The notes under the pieces were generated by a model. It saw only the letters and a list, made by a program, of their open reading frames with translations, ran no database searches and was not told where the DNA came from. A DNA stretch of 64,000 nucleotides from Azolla caroliniana. Lineage: Eukaryota > Plantae > Polypodiophyta. The stretch lies in NCBI GenBank assembly GCA_043228905.1, contig JBHGNT010000010.1, positions 18,786,001 to 18,850,000 on the forward strand, given 5' to 3'. Shown here in pieces: positions 28,433 through 42,055 of the stretch. The stretch's first letter is position 1. Each line of letters opens with the position of its first letter. The position numbers and the translations under genes are program-made.

Positions 28433-31400
28433 ATGCCAGCAGGTACAGGAGTAACTCGATCTCTTGTCAATGTTTTCGATGGAGGTTCGATGGAGCGAAG
28501 CTTTGTGGTGGATGAGAAAAGAAGAATATCGTCATCCTCATCTTCGTCGTCATCCTCATCCTCTTCATCATTTGAGAGATTGACCTTGCCCACCATTCTT
28601 GAGATTTCCACGAATGGGTCATCTACAACACATCACGATAAGGTACTTGATGATTAAGTGTCTTTTAAAAGTAGTCAAATGTGCCGAATCCTCTAATAAA
28701 TACCTGGATATGATTGGAGACGAATAGAATATATGATTACAAGGCACACATGCATTTATATATACGTGACTCGCATTATGCAAAGTAATTTTAGAGATGT
28801 TTTCTGTGAACCTTGCACAATTTTGTGGTTTTGTTTTTGGGTTCTGTTAAACATGTCGAATGTTTTTCAAATCAGTAGCTTCAGATTGTCAAACAAGTAC
28901 GAGTTTATGTAACAGATATGATTATGTGAACTTATCTTCACACACATGCATATACAACATGCATATTTTTTGATAGGTGCTCGCTATGCATCTTTCTTAT
29001 TGTATGTTATTTGATATTTGTCCTATATTAAATGTGTGGAATACTCTAATCAGTTATTTAAGATGATCCTGAAAATATATGTGAATTTATGCCATTGGTA
29101 AACACACATATTATATGTATGTATATTATATTCCATACATATAAATTATATAGAATACATACATATATGTGTATATATAAATGACTATATATTATGAAGG
29201 ATTTAGTAGGTGCTTGTCATACAACCTGTGCATTTGGTATTTTGCTTCATCAAAATTTGTAGAAACTTCGAATTGTCATTTCAGACAATCAGAGAAAATT
29301 TTAAGTATGACATTATACAGTATATATTGTTATTAGACACATGTTTTAGAAATGTGTTATATTACTGTTGGGAAAATGCCAAGTGAGATGAAAATACCAT
29401 AAAGAATGTTTGCAATATGGAAATCTAGAAACATGGAAACAGCAGGGCATAAATATGCCCACTGATTTGAAGAGAAACATATCAAGACTTATGTTAGAAA
29501 TATAAGAGTCAAAAGAACTTTTGAAAGTAACAAGCAGAGGACTGTACTTATAGACCATGGTTAGCGTTCTGCAAGAAAGACTGTATGGGGAGAAGTCCTT
29601 GGTAGAAGAGGATTTTCATTTTAATTTACTTGCCCACACATTACAGGTAGCCCTTGATTCTATTCACATATCAATAGACGAGGTACCATGTAAATATTGT
29701 CTGGAAAAAGAATTATTCCTTAAGTCACAATGAATTTTTCGCAATCAACGGTAAGAAAATTGGTTTTAAGATATATACACATACATTATAGGATTAGCTG
29801 GTCCTTGCCATTCAGCTTGTTCATTCTCAATATTTGGTATTCGGCCTCAGTAAAATTTGAATTTGAAATTGTTGTTTGAGATGATTGGGAGAATGATATG
29901 AAAGGTACACATACATATGGTTGTGAAAGACACGCAAACACCCATATGTACTATAAGGTGTGGTAATTTTTAGAAGTTGTTATACAGCTTGTGCATTCAT
30001 ATTATTTGGTATTTGGCCTCTACTATGTGTATGAAAGTTTCAGTCAGTTGTTTGAGATGATTAAAAAATAAATATAAAATACGTATATATGAACTATATT
30101 GTTATTAGACATACAGACACATAAATTATATAAGTGTCATATGGGCACGTGTTATGCCAATGCAGCTTGTTCACTATAGGTGTGAATAGTTAAATCAGAA
30201 GTCTTATGTATGTATGCTTCATTTTTGGCCTTAGATGATAATTTATTTAAGGTTCTCAGGATGCCAGAAATGTGATCTCGAGAGAGAAATAATGACACAC
30301 ACATACATATGATGTTAATTATATTTATAGAATTCTCAAATTAGTTAGTCTTAGATGATTTAAAAAATATGAAATGTGTGTATATATTGAGAGAAAAGTG
30401 ACCACGTACACTATCTACCTATCTATCTATATGATGCCAGCTTTTTCTGATAGACATTTTGTTGTTTACATGTAGATTGAGGTTGGTCAAAATTCGATTC
30501 CTGTTGAGTTCAAGCCCACTATTAGGTCAGGTGTATGGTTTGACATAGGACCAAGGTCTGTCATGGAAGATGAACATGTGGTCATTGACAACTTGGTTGA
30601 ACATCTGGGCTCAATGTCGGTAGATGATTCAGGATCTTATTATGGAGTGAGTGAACTGTGTCAATTGACTGAAGTATGTAGATTTATCATTTGCTGTAGA
30701 TTGAACTAATTTCAGATTTATTTGTTGTAAGATTTTTGATGGACATAATGGTAGAGATGCAGCACAGTTTGTTAAAGAGAGGCTGCTCAATTTTATATTG
30801 AGAGATTCGGCTTTTCCGACCTCAGTGGAGAAAGCTGTGCAGCATGCGTTTTTGCATGCTGACACAGCTTTTGCAGAAGCTTGTTCTGAAGATGAGTGTT
30901 TGTCTTCTGGCACCACGGCTCTAACTGCACTCGTTCTCGGAAGGTTTGTGAGTTTTTTTGAAAAGATTTCTGTTTCCTGTTAACATGTAACTTCCTGATC
31001 AAAGCTATAGTAATCTTTTTCTGTTTATTTTTGTGTGTGCAGAAACCTTTTTGTTGCAAATGCAGGAGATTGTAGAGCTGTTCTAAGTAGGAAAGGAAAG
31101 GCTATTGAGTTATCTAGGGATCATAAGCCTTCTTGTATAGTGGAAAAGAGTCGAATTGAGGCTCACGGAGGTTTTGTGGATGATGGGTATTTGAATGGGC
31201 AGCTTGCCGTTGCAAGGGCAATAGGGAATTGGCATATTAAGGGTTTAAAGGGTGTCAATTGCCCTCTTAGTGCTGAGCCTGAGGTAAAGAAAGCGTTATT
31301 AACAGAAGATGATGAATTCCTCATAATTGGCTGTGATGGTTTGTGGGATGTTTTCTCGAGCCAAAATGCGGTGGATTTTGCTCGTAGGAAGCTTCAGGAG

Positions 31401-31598
31401 CACAATGATCCAAAACGATGCTCACATGAGCTAGTTAATGAGGCTCTTCGCAGAGATAGTGGTGACAATTTGACTGTTGTAACTGTCTGTTTTCAGAAGA
31501 ATCCTCCTCCTAAGCTTGCAAACAAGTTCGTGGTTCGGAGAAGTATATCGGCAGAGGGGCTTCGTAATCTTCAAGACGTGCTTGACAAAGTCATCTAA
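28433..31598 (+). CDS. Protein phosphatase 2C (clade G-like)
   Basis: Exons 28433-28642 (Ser-rich N-terminus, start tentative), 30476-30646 ([16 protein letters not shown]), 30732-30943 (IFDGHNG..SSGTTAL), 31043-31598 ([34 protein letters not shown]). A 5' UTR splice donor is likely at about 27486. Confidence 0.92.
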
Positions 31599-33180
31599 AG
31601 TTGTTGTGGTAAATGTACACTTAGAACCCAAGGTTAGGACCAATTATTTTTTTCACAGGCAAATGGTTATTTTTGCCATAGTATACAAAGTAGGAATATT
31701 TTTTGAAGCAAGCAATGACTTGCTGAACATAGGTAACTTTGTGATTGTTCTTCTCTCCCCATTTTGAACATGGCTATTTGGAATGACAGACAGCCATGCT
31801 TAATGACTAATTTATAGACTCACAAGGAGCTTGTCTTTATAATAATAAACATTAGAATGGAAATCTATTGTGAAGTATGCCTGATATTCTTTGGGAAATG
31901 AATTTGTCCTTCGTTTTCTTGTGTTTGAACATGGAAAATTCATTTGTTATCATTAAAGTAAACAAGGCAACAAACTTCCATTTGGTGGAATTGGTTAAAT
32001 GTAGGCTGTGGTAGCATCTCAATACCGATTGTAGCCGGTTTCTTTCTATTCAATTTCCATCTCCCTAATGCTTTTGTACTGCAGCTTTTGTATCTTTTCT
32101 GAAGGGCTGTCCAGTCTGAAGATAATCAGTTGGACTTGGCCATACATAGTGGTGATTCAATTACCACTTCCAGAGATGGCTTCTGTAATTTCTTTCATCT
32201 CATGGATTTGTCAATTTAGTTCCTCCTTTCATTCTTGAGATTTATCTAGTTCTGAAAGGATGTGGCCACAATGGTGTTTCAATCACTACTTTCACTGTTG
32301 AGTGACCTCCCATAATTGGTTTCTTTCATGTCATGGACTCGTTTTAGATCCTCGCAACTATCCCCTTCATAGTATAACGTTACTTTATGCAACTATCCCC
32401 AGGCATCCACCCCCTTACAACACTTCCTGTATTATGTTTCTCTTTTAATTTGCCAATCCCTCTCTGAGGTTCCTATGTGTTCATTATAAGTTTGTTAGAA
32501 CTTGTTACACTTTCCTCTTTTTTACACATTCACTTTTAGGAATTTACCACATGCTCATTATAAATTTATTAGTTTCCTCTTATTTACACATTCACTTATA
32601 GGACAAAAACTTAACTTCAGTTTGCCTACTCTTGGGGTTTCAATGTCTCAATCATTCATGGGGAGCTACCATTGGTAGGCTTTTACCTCTTGCGACGTTA
32701 ACACAATGCATTGCAGAAAAAGTGGTTTGGAAATATAAAAAGCAACGGTGTGCACTATAAAGTGACCAAAACCACTTATACAAAGAATACAAGTAACTAC
32801 AATGCAATAATATTGCAAGGAAATACTCAACATCTGAATGTGAGGTGCCAGAAAAAACAAAGAAAGAGAGATGGAGATAGAGAGGTCAATACCTCATTAT
32901 CATAATTACCATTCATGATTCTCATTACCATAATTTCCTCTTCATCATCCTACCATGTTGGTTATGCTCTTATTTCATGTCTACCCTTATTGATTATTCA
33001 TCACTATCTTAATTCTTGTCTGATTCTTCTTTCTCTCCACATAGCAACAACTTTTCTTTAAATAAGTGATATGGCCAAAGATAGGGGTTAAGAGAATTCA
33101 TTGAATCAGTTAGCACTTGGGTTTGACTCACTCGAATCACTTTGTATTCTAATTAGTAATTGCTGATGGCTCCATCATAT

Positions 33181-36100
33181 TGGGAAATGCACATAAATGG
33201 AATCCAAACCAGCTTGCTTAGCTTCTTACTTCCTATTCTATTTATAGTCGTACAAAGGTACCCATTTGGGTTGGCTTTAGTTAGCTACATGCGTCCTAAC
33301 AAGGGTATGCTAAAAGGGTGGCTTAACGGAACACATGTATACCATAGCATGAAGGCATGCATGCTAAAAGGGGCACAAAGGAACATGCACACCCAACATA
33401 AGGTATGCACTTGCATCCAAGGGACACCACATTTCCCCCCTGAGAGAAACAAGGAGTTTTACGACATGGGGAAAGGACGAGCACTAGAAGATGGGCTTGA
33501 TGCGGGCAACATGGGCGGAGGTGAATCAACCATTGGAATCGCGTCGGAGCAAGTAAGTCATGGATTTGATTGCACGAACCATGGTGAATGGGCCGATCCA
33601 TCGGTGCATGAGTGATTCGCTGAGACCGCGCCGCCGGACCGGGAAGTAAACAAGGACTTTGGTTCCATCATCGTAAGTCGGGGTAATTTGACCCACGTCG
33701 TAGTCTCTTTTGGCGTTGTTGTGTGACTTGTAGGTTTTGAGAGCTTGCTTGTTGAAGGAGAGGTAGTAGTTGTTAGAGATAGAGCCCCCAACTGGCACCA
33801 TCCATGTTGGTAGGTTTGGAATGGACGTCAATGGACGATTCTGGTGGGAGCTGAGGGTCACGCCCATAGAATGCTCGAAAAGGGCTGATCCGTGTTGACA
33901 CCTGAATGGATGTATTGTAGGTGTGGGTGACGAAAGGCAAGATTTGATCCCAAGTTTTGTGGCATGGATCGATGTAAGCGACAATCTCCTGCTTGAGGGT
34001 CTTGTTGAGGCGTTCAGTGAGGCCGTTTGTTTGCGGATGGTATGAGGATGTAAACACCTGCTGGACACCTAGTTGAGTTGCAACTGCATTGAGGACATCC
34101 CCATGGAACTGGCGGCCCTGATCAGATAAGAGTTGGACAGGGCAACCATGCTGAAAAATTACCTTGTGCAAAAGTTGGGATGCGATTGTTGGCGCAGTGA
34201 CGTCAGGGATGGCAACAGTTTCAGCCCATCTGGTGAGGTATTCTATTATGACAAGGATATACTTGTTGCCATTGGGGGTTTCGGGAAAAGGTCCCATGAA
34301 ATCCCATCCGATGAGCTCGAAAGGTGATGTGACGGTGATGGGTTGGAGCGTTCCGGCGGGCTTGCTCGCGGGTTTGATGTGTTGACACAAAGCACATTGG
34401 TTGATGTAGGTAGAGACATAGTGTCGCATGTTGGGCCAATAATACTTGAGACGTAATTTTTCAAGAACCTTGTGGAAACCCGAATGACCCGACAATGGGT
34501 GGTCGTGATAAAATTGGAGATACATCTGTTGTAGGGCATGAGGGATGTAGAGACGCGGCTCGTGATGCACCTGAATGAAGAACACCAAGTTATCGCGGAA
34601 AATGAACCGTCGTTGTGAGGGAAATGGTTGGAGGGAGCACAACTGATGGGTTATCTCTCGGATGGCGAGGTCGTGTTGCTGAAGTGTAGAGAGTTGTGGT
34701 AGTGCCAGTAGAAGGTCAGACGTCGTGGGTAGAAATTGGACAACTTGGAAATCGGCGCGAGAGAGACTATCAACGACCAAATTAGTTACACCTTTTCGAT
34801 AGGAGAGGGTAAACTGATAATCTTGAAGTGCCAACGTCCATCGCAACAAGCGGCCCGGGGGGTGAGGTCGATGAATAAGAGAAATTAAGGGCCGGTGGTC
34901 AGTCTCAACCGTAACCTGCCCGCCATGAAGGTATGGGTGAAGACGCTGGAAAGACCAGACGATCGCAAGTAGTTCCTTCTTAGTGGTTGAGTAGTTCCGT
35001 TCAACCGGTGTGAGAGTTCAGCTAATGAAGGCGACCGCCTTCTCTTGCCTGTGGCAATCGGTTTGCAGGAGGACGACTCCTAACCCATGGTTAGAGGCAT
35101 CTGTTTGCAACGTAAACAACTGGTCAAAGTTAGGATAGGCGAGCAACCCTGATTCCTGGACCATTGTTTTGAGGCGACGAAAGCTATCTTTGCAAGCAGG
35201 ATCCCAAACGAATGTCACACCTTTTTTCAGGAGATGACGGAGGGGGAAAGTGACCAAGGTGAGGTTCGGGATGAAGCAAAGGGAAAAGTGATCATGCCCA
35301 AAAAATGTTGCAATGTTTTTATTGAGGTGGGGCGGGGGTAGTCGGTGATGGCAACTACCTTTGTAGGGTCCATACGGATTCCATTGCCAAAGATGATGAA
35401 GCCGAGAAAACGGAGGCTGGTACTTCCCCATCAACACTTCTTCCATTGGAGTTGCAAGTTATGCAAGCGAGGACTTCAACGAGAGTTTGTAGATGATCCT
35501 CCCAAGTGGCAGTGTGGATAAGGATGTCGTCGAGATAAACAAGGAGGACGCCTTTATTGATAAGGCTGGCAAAGATGGAGTTTGCCATGCGTTGGAATGT
35601 GCTGCCGACATCAGACAGGCCAAACGGCATGCAAGTGAACTGGAACAACCCGCGTCGTGTGCGGAATGCGGTCTTGTGGGCGTCAGACGGCTTTAAGGGG
35701 ATCTGCCAATATCCCGAGGCTAAGTTAAGGGAGGTGAAATAACGGGAGCCCCCGAGCTAGTCCAAGAGGTCGTCCACGTGAGAGAGCGGGTAGAGGTCAT
35801 GGATCGTCAGTTTGTTGAGAGGCCTAAAGTCGATGCAGAAACGGAAGGTGCCATCATCCTTCTTGACGAGGTGGGGTTTTGAAACCCAATCACTGGTGGA
35901 AGGAATGATAATTCCTTTGGTGAGCATATCGGTGATGGCAACATCGATGCGATCGTGGTCGAGGGGGGAACATCGGCGTGTAGCCATGAGGATGGGAGCG
36001 GCGTCCCCGATACGAATGACATGTTGTATCGGGAAAGAGACAATAGCGGCATGCGTGAGTTGGGGGGCTAGTGACAGAAAACGAGCTAACAATTGGCGGA

Positions 36101-37826
36101 CGGAGATTAACCGCTCATGGGGACTGAGGGCCACCTGGACTTGGCTATAGTGGGGGACATGGGGGCTATCGTGTAGAAGGGGGAGCTTGTGGGACAATTA
36201 GTTTGTGAGCATTGAAATCAATCATAGCGCGACGCTTGAGGAGCCAATCGCAACCTAAGGTGAGGGGGAAGAGTTGGTGGGGCAAGACATAAAAGTGGTG
36301 TGAGAATGTGAGAGTGCCTAAGGTAATGATGCAGTGGGCTTGCGTGCGAGAGTGGTATAGATGTTGGTGATCACCAAAAAGGATGGAAGGAGCGGTGGTT
36401 GTGGGGAGGCCTAATTGGTGAACTAAGGCGGTGCTAATTGAAGAGATATTACTACTAGAGTCTAATAGGATGGTGTGTGTGGAGTGATTAATGGTGGCGA
36501 GAGTGGTGCATACCTATGAACTAGAAGAGGCGGACGCTTGGACGTGGGGGGCTGGCTCTTCCATCAGTACCCCGGAAGTTAGTTTCCCGGAAGCTCAGCC
36601 AACGATGCTGCGTCAGCCATGGTTATCTGGGCTTGCTGCTTGTGAGATTGTTGTTGCAATTTCCGGCAATAACGTCGGACGTGTCCATAATTGTGGCAAT
36701 AGAAACACTTCGGGCGTCCTTGGGCATCGTGATTATCGAAACCCGAGTCCACATCTGCATGTTTTGGATGTCAATGTCCATGGGGGTCGCTCCTTGGTAC
36801 TGTGCGCGCAAGTCGGTCGATGGTGGAGGGGGCCATTGTGGTTGGGAGTCAGATAGCGTACAAGCTTCGATGCATTGGGCAATGAAGATCGCATCGTTGA
36901 AGGTCTTGGGACCTTGGTCCCGAGCACGACGAGTGATGTCAGGGGCCATAAGAAGAAAAGCTTGACATGCTCGAGCATGGTTGGATCGACATAGACGAAG
37001 AGCTGGTTTAAGAGCTGGTTTAGGCGAACACCAAATTGGCCTACTGGTTCGTGCGCTTGCTGTTGCAACGTCTCGAGTTGTTACAATGCCGTCTGGGCCG
37101 AATTTTGATGGGCGAAGTTTTGCATGAGGAGATCCCGGAGGATCACCCAGTGCTCCGTCACTTCGCTGGCTTGTTGTACATACCAAGTGGTGATGACATT
37201 TTCGAGCAAGCTGTGAACTTCCAAAGCCTTGCGCTCGTCAGACCATTTGTGGTAACTTGAGATCATCTCAAAGTGATCCAACCATGCTAATACGTCCTCA
37301 GAGGGCAAGCCGAAGAAGGACTTTGGGCGAACCTTGGAATTTGGCCGATATGGAGACCAAGCGTTGGTAGCAGAGAGGAAGGAGAGCATAGCTTGGTTCG
37401 TGTGGCTGATTTGAAGCATGGTGTTGGAGAGGACTTGCAAGAGTTGCTCCATTTGGAAGGGGGGTGACTGTTCAGGAGGTTGCGGGAACTTAGATTGCAT
37501 AGGGGTATCAACTTCGACGGCGACGGGAGGGAATTGGGACACCATGAACGAGGTGATAGTGGCTAAAATTTTACCCCATTTCTCCACCAATTATGTGAAA
37601 TGCACATAAATGGCTTCTTACTTCCTATTCAATTTATAGTTGGACAAAGGTACCCATTTGGGTTGGCTTTACTTAGCTACATGCGTCCTAACAAGGGTAT
37701 GCTAATAGGGTGGCTCTATGGAACACATGTACACCATAGCATGAAGGCATGCACGCTAAACAAGGGTATGCTAAAAGGGGCACAAAGGAACATGAAGGCC
37801 TGCACTTGCATCCAAGGGACACCACA
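33181..37826 (-). mobile_element. Degenerate full-length Ty3/gypsy LTR retrotransposon with short LTRs
   Basis: LTRs 33181-33431 and 37594-37826 (TG...CACA). PPT at 33432-33446 (minus strand CTCTCAGGGGGGAAA). PBS TGGTGGAGAAATGG at about 37576-37589. TSD ATAT at 33177-33180 and 37827-37830. Frameshifted gag (37590-36620), RT (YLDD, ~35355-36000), RNase H and integrase (33773-34849). Confidence 0.93.
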
Positions 37827-38267
37827 ATATATTAAAGCTCATCATTTTAATCATCCAAGGGTATGCTAAAAGGGGCACATGCACACCCAACATGAAGGCC
37901 TGCACTTGCATCCAAGGGACACCACAATATATTAAAGCTCATCATTTTAATCATTAATAGTCGCAAAGTGATGAGTGTGTTTTAGAGTCTTTGTGGTGTA
38001 CATCATATTTCATGTGTGTTTTTGTGTCCATTTTGTTTGCGATCTCAAAACATAAAGAAATGAAGGAAGTTGATGACATGAGAGACTAAACTAGGGGTTC
38101 AAAATACTTAGTATGCAAGATGTAAACTAATATACTGAAAATTCACACATTATTAGTTGACTCATATGGGTTTGTGAAGAAGAAACATTAAAACTTACAT
38201 CAGACCTTACGAAGAGACCTCTGGGTATTACACAAAATTTCAGAATTGGGTATTCCCAACTCTTCAC

Positions 38268-41200
38268 CTACGACAAACTTTTACCTTCAGCTTGTGCTTG
38301 GGCTTCAATTGCTTTCTCAAGGATTGCTTTATTTCTTTCTAAGGCTTCCACGTGAACCTTCTCATCAAGCCTTGCTTGCTTTCTTGCTTCATCCATGACT
38401 CGAGCCAACATTTGTGCTCTACTTGTTTCTTCATTTCCACTTGGAGAAATGCAGTCATCTTGAACAGTGAGAAGTACTTTCCCAAGCTCATGTTCTTCAT
38501 CTTTATTCCTTGGTTCATCCGTTTCCATATTTCCACTTTGAGAAACTTGGTGATCTTTATCGGTGTACAGTACTTTCCTGGTGTCATGTTCATCATGTTT
38601 AGTCCTTGTATCACATGCTTCTTCATTTATACTGGGAGTAATGTGGTCATCTTTATCGGTGGAAAATACTTCCATGCCCTCCGTATTCCTTGTTGGACTT
38701 CCATTTCTACTCAGAGAAATGCGATCATCTTTATCGGTGGCAAATATTTCTTCAACCTCTGTATCCCTGGTTAAACTTTCAGTTGCACTCAGAGAAATGC
38801 TGTCATCTTTATCAGTGGAAAATACTTCAACAACCTCATGATCTTCATCTATATTCTTTTTTGCACTTCCGTTTCCAGGCTGCAATATGTGATCATTTTT
38901 ATCAGTGGAAAGTACTTGCCCAGCCTCAACCTGTTTATTTAATTGAGACAAAGCATCAGAAACGGGTCCATTCAGGAACAAATTCTTTTGTTGCATAAGG
39001 AACTTCATTCGAATCTTCCTTTGAACTTCTTCTTCAGCCTCAAGATTGCTTTTTGCAAGGTCACCGATCTTACATGCGAACTCAGATGCAGCTTTTTCCT
39101 GCAGAGGTTGAAGGCCAATATGTATGTTGCATCAACAAAAACAACAAACATACTTTATTAATTCTTAAGCAAAAAGTTTGCTTTTGTTTAGCATGACTAC
39201 CGCTAAAAGAAGGCTGTCATGTAATTCTCGTAGCTTTTCAACTGCGCCGCGTGCCTGATTTAGAGCAGCTGCTTCTTGTATTTTATCAGTGGTTTGTCTC
39301 TGACTCCGCATCTATATCACGAAGTATGAAAGGAAAAACATTTAGACAGGCCTATCAGAATGTTACTTTTCCCTTATTTACAGCAGTGTGTGCTTATTTA
39401 CAACAGTGTGTGTTCTCTTTACAAGTGACTGTGCATCATTATGAATAATAAAAGAAGAAAATTGCGCTTCTTGTATTTTATCAGTGGTTTGTCTCTGACT
39501 CCGCATCTATATCACGAAGTATGAAAGGAAAAACATTTAGACAGGCCTATCAGAATGTTACTTTTCCCTTATTTACAGCAGTGTGTGCTTATTTACAACA
39601 GTGTGTGTTCTCTTTACAAGTGACTGTGCATCATTATGAATAATAAAAGAAGAAAATTGCTTCCTTACTGTTATGAAACATGAACAATAAACTTTAAAAA
39701 GAGACGATACTACATAGGCAATTGTTGGCATCACCAAATGTATAGTCCAACTCTAGAAGTTTTTAGCTTCTACTTTTATTGAATGGAAAATTAACAATGT
39801 TTACCTGGTATAATTCCACACATGATCCAATTTTTTTTAAAGATACTGTTCTCATCAAAGCAAAAAGAGAAAATATAGGAACAGGAAAACCTCTTTTTTC
39901 TGTTGTGGTATTGTCATAGAGATTTTGACCACTTGGCTTAAAACCTATCCACCATCATCTAAATTCTCCACTGAGAAGGCATGTGGATCATACCAACCCC
40001 AAATCATGGAGATCAATGCTCAGCATATACGATCCACCCAAGGACATCCAATTGCAATCCTTGTAACTTTGCTCCACGCCAACCAACATCTGACACCATG
40101 TCCCATCATCCACTCACCCCCCTCCTTTGTAGTTAAGCACTTCATGCTTGTAATACCATCTCAAGAATCATAACCAATTTTAAAGCTGCCTCATAAGTTA
40201 AGATCATTATCATGGATCTTTGGTAAACCTTGAGGTTTTACTTTTTCAGCGTGGATAACCTTAAGTACCCATATTTGTAATCATGATTTTGTCTTGCCAA
40301 GAATAGGAATGCATGACCCACAGGACCAAGTCTATATGAATTGCAATTTGGAATAGCAGAGATTTCCTGTGGAAGAAAGGTGAAGGCATAAATGAGGAAC
40401 CTCTAGAAGCTATCATACTTATTCTTCAAAAAACAATGGAGTATGATGCATGCTGTGACGAGCATACAAATTGTCATAGGTTTTTCGTGACTTGAACCCA
40501 TGACCTCCTTGATTAAGTTTTGTCCATTACATCATCATTTCAGACATGATAACCTGATAACCTTAACATTTCATATCCGATATCATACATCTTCACATCA
40601 TTATGATATTCTACACTATGTTATCGAAGCACATTATGTAGCAAGGCAAGCATGCATCACAGGTAGGTGGTGAGCATGCACTATATATAGGGAAGATCCC
40701 AATGTTATAAAAACCATTCTGGTTCAACTCCATTCTTCAGTATAATCTTGCAACTCTTGGTCTTATTGTAAACAACACAATCTCATTCTAAAATTAGTAA
40801 TGTTTTTGTCTTCAGTCCTTGACACATGTAATCTCACCCACTTCGACGGTAACGTAGCCCACTATAAGTGGATACCACGCATGAAAATGAGAAGGCAAAA
40901 GAGATAGCAAATACTCATTCAACAGAGGCACCCATATACACAGTAGGCTTCTACATTCCACACAGGAAGCATCATGGTATCATGCTTTAGGGTTTGACAA
41001 GGCCAAACCTCTTTTGGAGATCTACATTAGGGCGTTACTAAATATGCTAATGAAGGGATTTTTTTTATCATTGGAGACATGAATGCAAGGATTTAACACA
41101 AGCATGCAGAGATCACGATTTATCATTAGAATCATCTTATAAATATGCTTGGATAGAAATAGGTCCCAAATGGAAATAATGCTCATGTGACAGAGCTACA

Positions 41201-41828
41201 AGTGCACAAGCATTAGCTAAGATAAACTCCATGTAGCTTCGCAAAATCACAAAGTTATCATAAGGGCCATATGAAAAACATGAATGCATAGAAATAGATC
41301 CCAAATGGAAACAACACTAACGTTACTGCACTATGAGTACACAAGGATCAGGCATAATATCACAAAGTTATCATAAGATCCATACAAAGTACACATATAA
41401 TGCATGTAATTAATAGTAATCAATGTCTCAACAAGATCGGTTTCCAATCATTTAATGTTGCAATCCCCTACTTTTGAGAGTTGGAAACTAAGGTCATAGA
41501 TGTTGCACATACATAGAAGTTCCTCTTCGTTCTCCTCCTCCTCCTCCAAAATTTGGATGGTTTTTATAAACATCTTTCGAACCTCCACTAAGGCATGCCT
41601 GGCTCGTCGATGTGGGATCAATTTCCAAGACTCAGGAGTGCATTTTGTGTGTGTTTCCATAGCTAGAGACAATCAATAAAAAAACACATACAGCAAGAAG
41701 AGAGGACTTACCCTGTGGAGCTCTTCTTGGATGGCAATAGTCTGCCGCGTGAGATCATCGTTCTCACCTCTGATAATAACCTTCCAGAAGTCTTTCACAT
41801 ATCGAACAGCTCTCAAGAAGGAACCCAT
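38268..41828 (-). CDS. Uncharacterised ~352-aa protein with internal acidic repeats, 3 exons
   Basis: Exons 41828-41712, 39311-39201 and 39098-38268 join in frame with GT-AG junctions. The protein has six V(F/L)STDKDD.IS.SGN-like repeats and helical/coiled-coil-like ends. No family recognised. Confidence 0.7.
39271..39661. repeat. Perfect 195-bp tandem duplication spanning an intron/exon boundary
   Basis: GCTTCTTGTATTTTATCAGTGG...AAGAAAATTGC at 39271 and 39466. Confidence 0.95.
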
Positions 41829-42055
41829 ATCTGTCTGTCTCTGTTTTCTCTGCACCTCAGTTTCAACCAAACCTTTTGATGAAGGGAGGGAGGGAGGTGG
41901 CTATGACCTTCAATTTTATTTATTTTTGTTCTTTCAGCAATTTATAAAACTGTCCTATTTGTCACTCGCTGTTCACGGTGTCGGTCGGTCGGTCTGATGC
42001 TGTAATATAACACATCTACTCAACATTCAATTTGAACTTGAATTCTTTTCTTTTT

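Noticed and set aside
41448-41672. 74-aa ORF in intron 1 of the orphan gene
   Set aside because: No clear splice support or motif; only a vague resemblance to exon 2.
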